A stretch of 64,000 nt of DNA from NCBI RefSeq assembly GCF_022045235.1, contig NW_027266319.1, positions 42,532,001-42,596,000 of the forward strand, read 5' to 3'. The position numbers and the translations under genes were made by a program. Origin of the DNA: Haliotis cracherodii (lineage: Eukaryota). This document shows positions 62,934 through 64,000 of the stretch, in pieces. Under the pieces are notes generated by a model, which worked only from the letters and a program-made list of their open reading frames with translations, was not told where the DNA came from and searched no databases. Positions within the stretch are counted from its first letter, which is position 1, and the number at the start of each line of letters is the position of its first letter.

Positions 62934-63435
62934 ATGTAGAAACGGGCTCCGTCCGTCCCTACATCCGTCCATCATGTTTCATTTCCGGAGCATAACTTAT
63001 AAACCGTTCAATATTTTTTCATCAAACTTGCAGGTCTGTCAGGTACAAGCTGAACTGGTGCCTTTTGCTATTGAGAAATTTTAGAAATTTTTATTTTTTA
63101 CGTTTCCATGGCAACAAGATGGACTTAGGTTCTGTGAGGGTAGGGTTCGTTTCCGGAGCATAGTTCATAAACCGTTCAATATTTTTTCATCAAACTTTGC
63201 AGGTCTGTCAGGTACATGCTGAACTGGTGCCTTTTGCTATTTAGATTTTAGAAATATTTATTTTTTACGTTTCCATAGCAACAAGATGGACTTAGGTTCC
63301 AAACTCATCTTTTTTTTACAATTTCCATGACAAGTTCCACCTCGGTTAAAAAAGGTTAGGGTTTGTTTAGATTTAATTATGTCATGAATTCTTCAACAAG
63401 GGCGGGGGATATAGCCACGTTAGTGGCAAACTCTT
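62934..63435 (+). mobile_element. Second Helentron/DINE-1-like element with two ~168-bp repeat units
   Basis: (GTCC)n, tttccggagc at 62982 and 63150, gaactggtgcctttt and tttccatggcaac shared with the 171-bp unit; 3' ggcgggggata followed by hairpin gccac-gtta-gtggc. Confidence 0.75.
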
Positions 63436-63560
63436 GTTCAATTTGATTTGAATTAAAAAAAATTCAATGCCTCTGGCAGATGATCTATAATTTGTCATTG
63501 AATATCTTCAATCATGGTGGTGTTTTGGCTTCAAATCATCTCATTAATCGCTATTTTCAA

Positions 63561-63764
63561 GACCCTTGAAGATAGGTCTTCAGCAACCCATGCTTGCTGT
63601 AAGAGGCAACTATGCTTGTCGAAAGAGGCAACTAACGTGATTGGGTGGTCAGGTTCGCTGACTTGGTTGGTGCATGTCATCATATCCAATTTGTGTAAAT
63701 CAATGTTCATGATGTCAATCACTGGATTGTCTGGTCCAGACTCAATTATTTACAGACCACCGTC
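63561..63764 (+). mobile_element. SINE family D (Nin/Deu-like) with duplicated core motif
   Basis: atgcttgctgtaagaggcaact followed by atgcttgtcgaaagaggcaact; rest aligns to 28485-28723(-). Confidence 0.8.
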
Positions 63765-64000
63765 AAACAGACTGTTTTCCATCACTTAGTTTTGTGTCTC
63801 CTAAGTTTGATCCCTGCTGCTGGAAATACTGATGCGGAGTTGAAAGATGACTTTGTGGCTTGTTATAGCCTTGTGGTCATTGTGGAGTGTTATCATGCAT
63901 CTACACATCCACTAACAACCTGAGACCTCAAGTCTTGTTTTCTTGTATTGATTGAGCATATACCTTGGTGAATGTGTTGGAAAATATAAGGATATGCTAA

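Noticed and set aside
60142-64000. Next IRBIT exon (expected NSKG..DFCV-like start of the AHCY domain)
   Set aside because: Not found by inspection; it presumably lies beyond the window, so the gene call rests on the Ser-rich motif alone.

Overview
AT-rich eukaryotic (invertebrate, most likely molluscan/gastropod, judged from its SINE and Helentron-type repeats) genomic DNA. Nearly the whole window is intron of one + strand gene of the adenosylhomocysteinase-like IRBIT family (AHCYL1/AHCYL2). Only its tiny N-terminal exons are here: 12033-12116, 15657-15741 and 60083-60141 splice in frame to MKTIPDTNGTTENGANGHANGEAKQNGK-EIKYNLTPNRPRIHSRSVSQSSTDSYSS-ASYTGSSSDEEDISPREKPQ. The AHCY-like domain lies beyond the window. 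The ~44 kb intron that splits the IRBIT phospho-serine region holds several frame-compatible (phase-1) alternative exons: a strong alternative first exon at 40634-40877 that carries its own RxxS-primed S/T ladder, a shorter one at 49167-49227, an RGG cassette candidate at 19438-19506, and weaker candidates. The donor of exon 15657-15741 has been tandemly amplified into 38 copies of a CAG|GT unit. The rest is about 15 locally generated minisatellite arrays, four SINE families, a truncated RNase H-bearing LINE interrupted by a Helentron-type satellite carrier, a decayed Mutator transposase and several MITEs. Most long ORFs in the track are repeat artefacts. No prokaryotic systems, CRISPR arrays, rRNA or true tRNA genes were seen.
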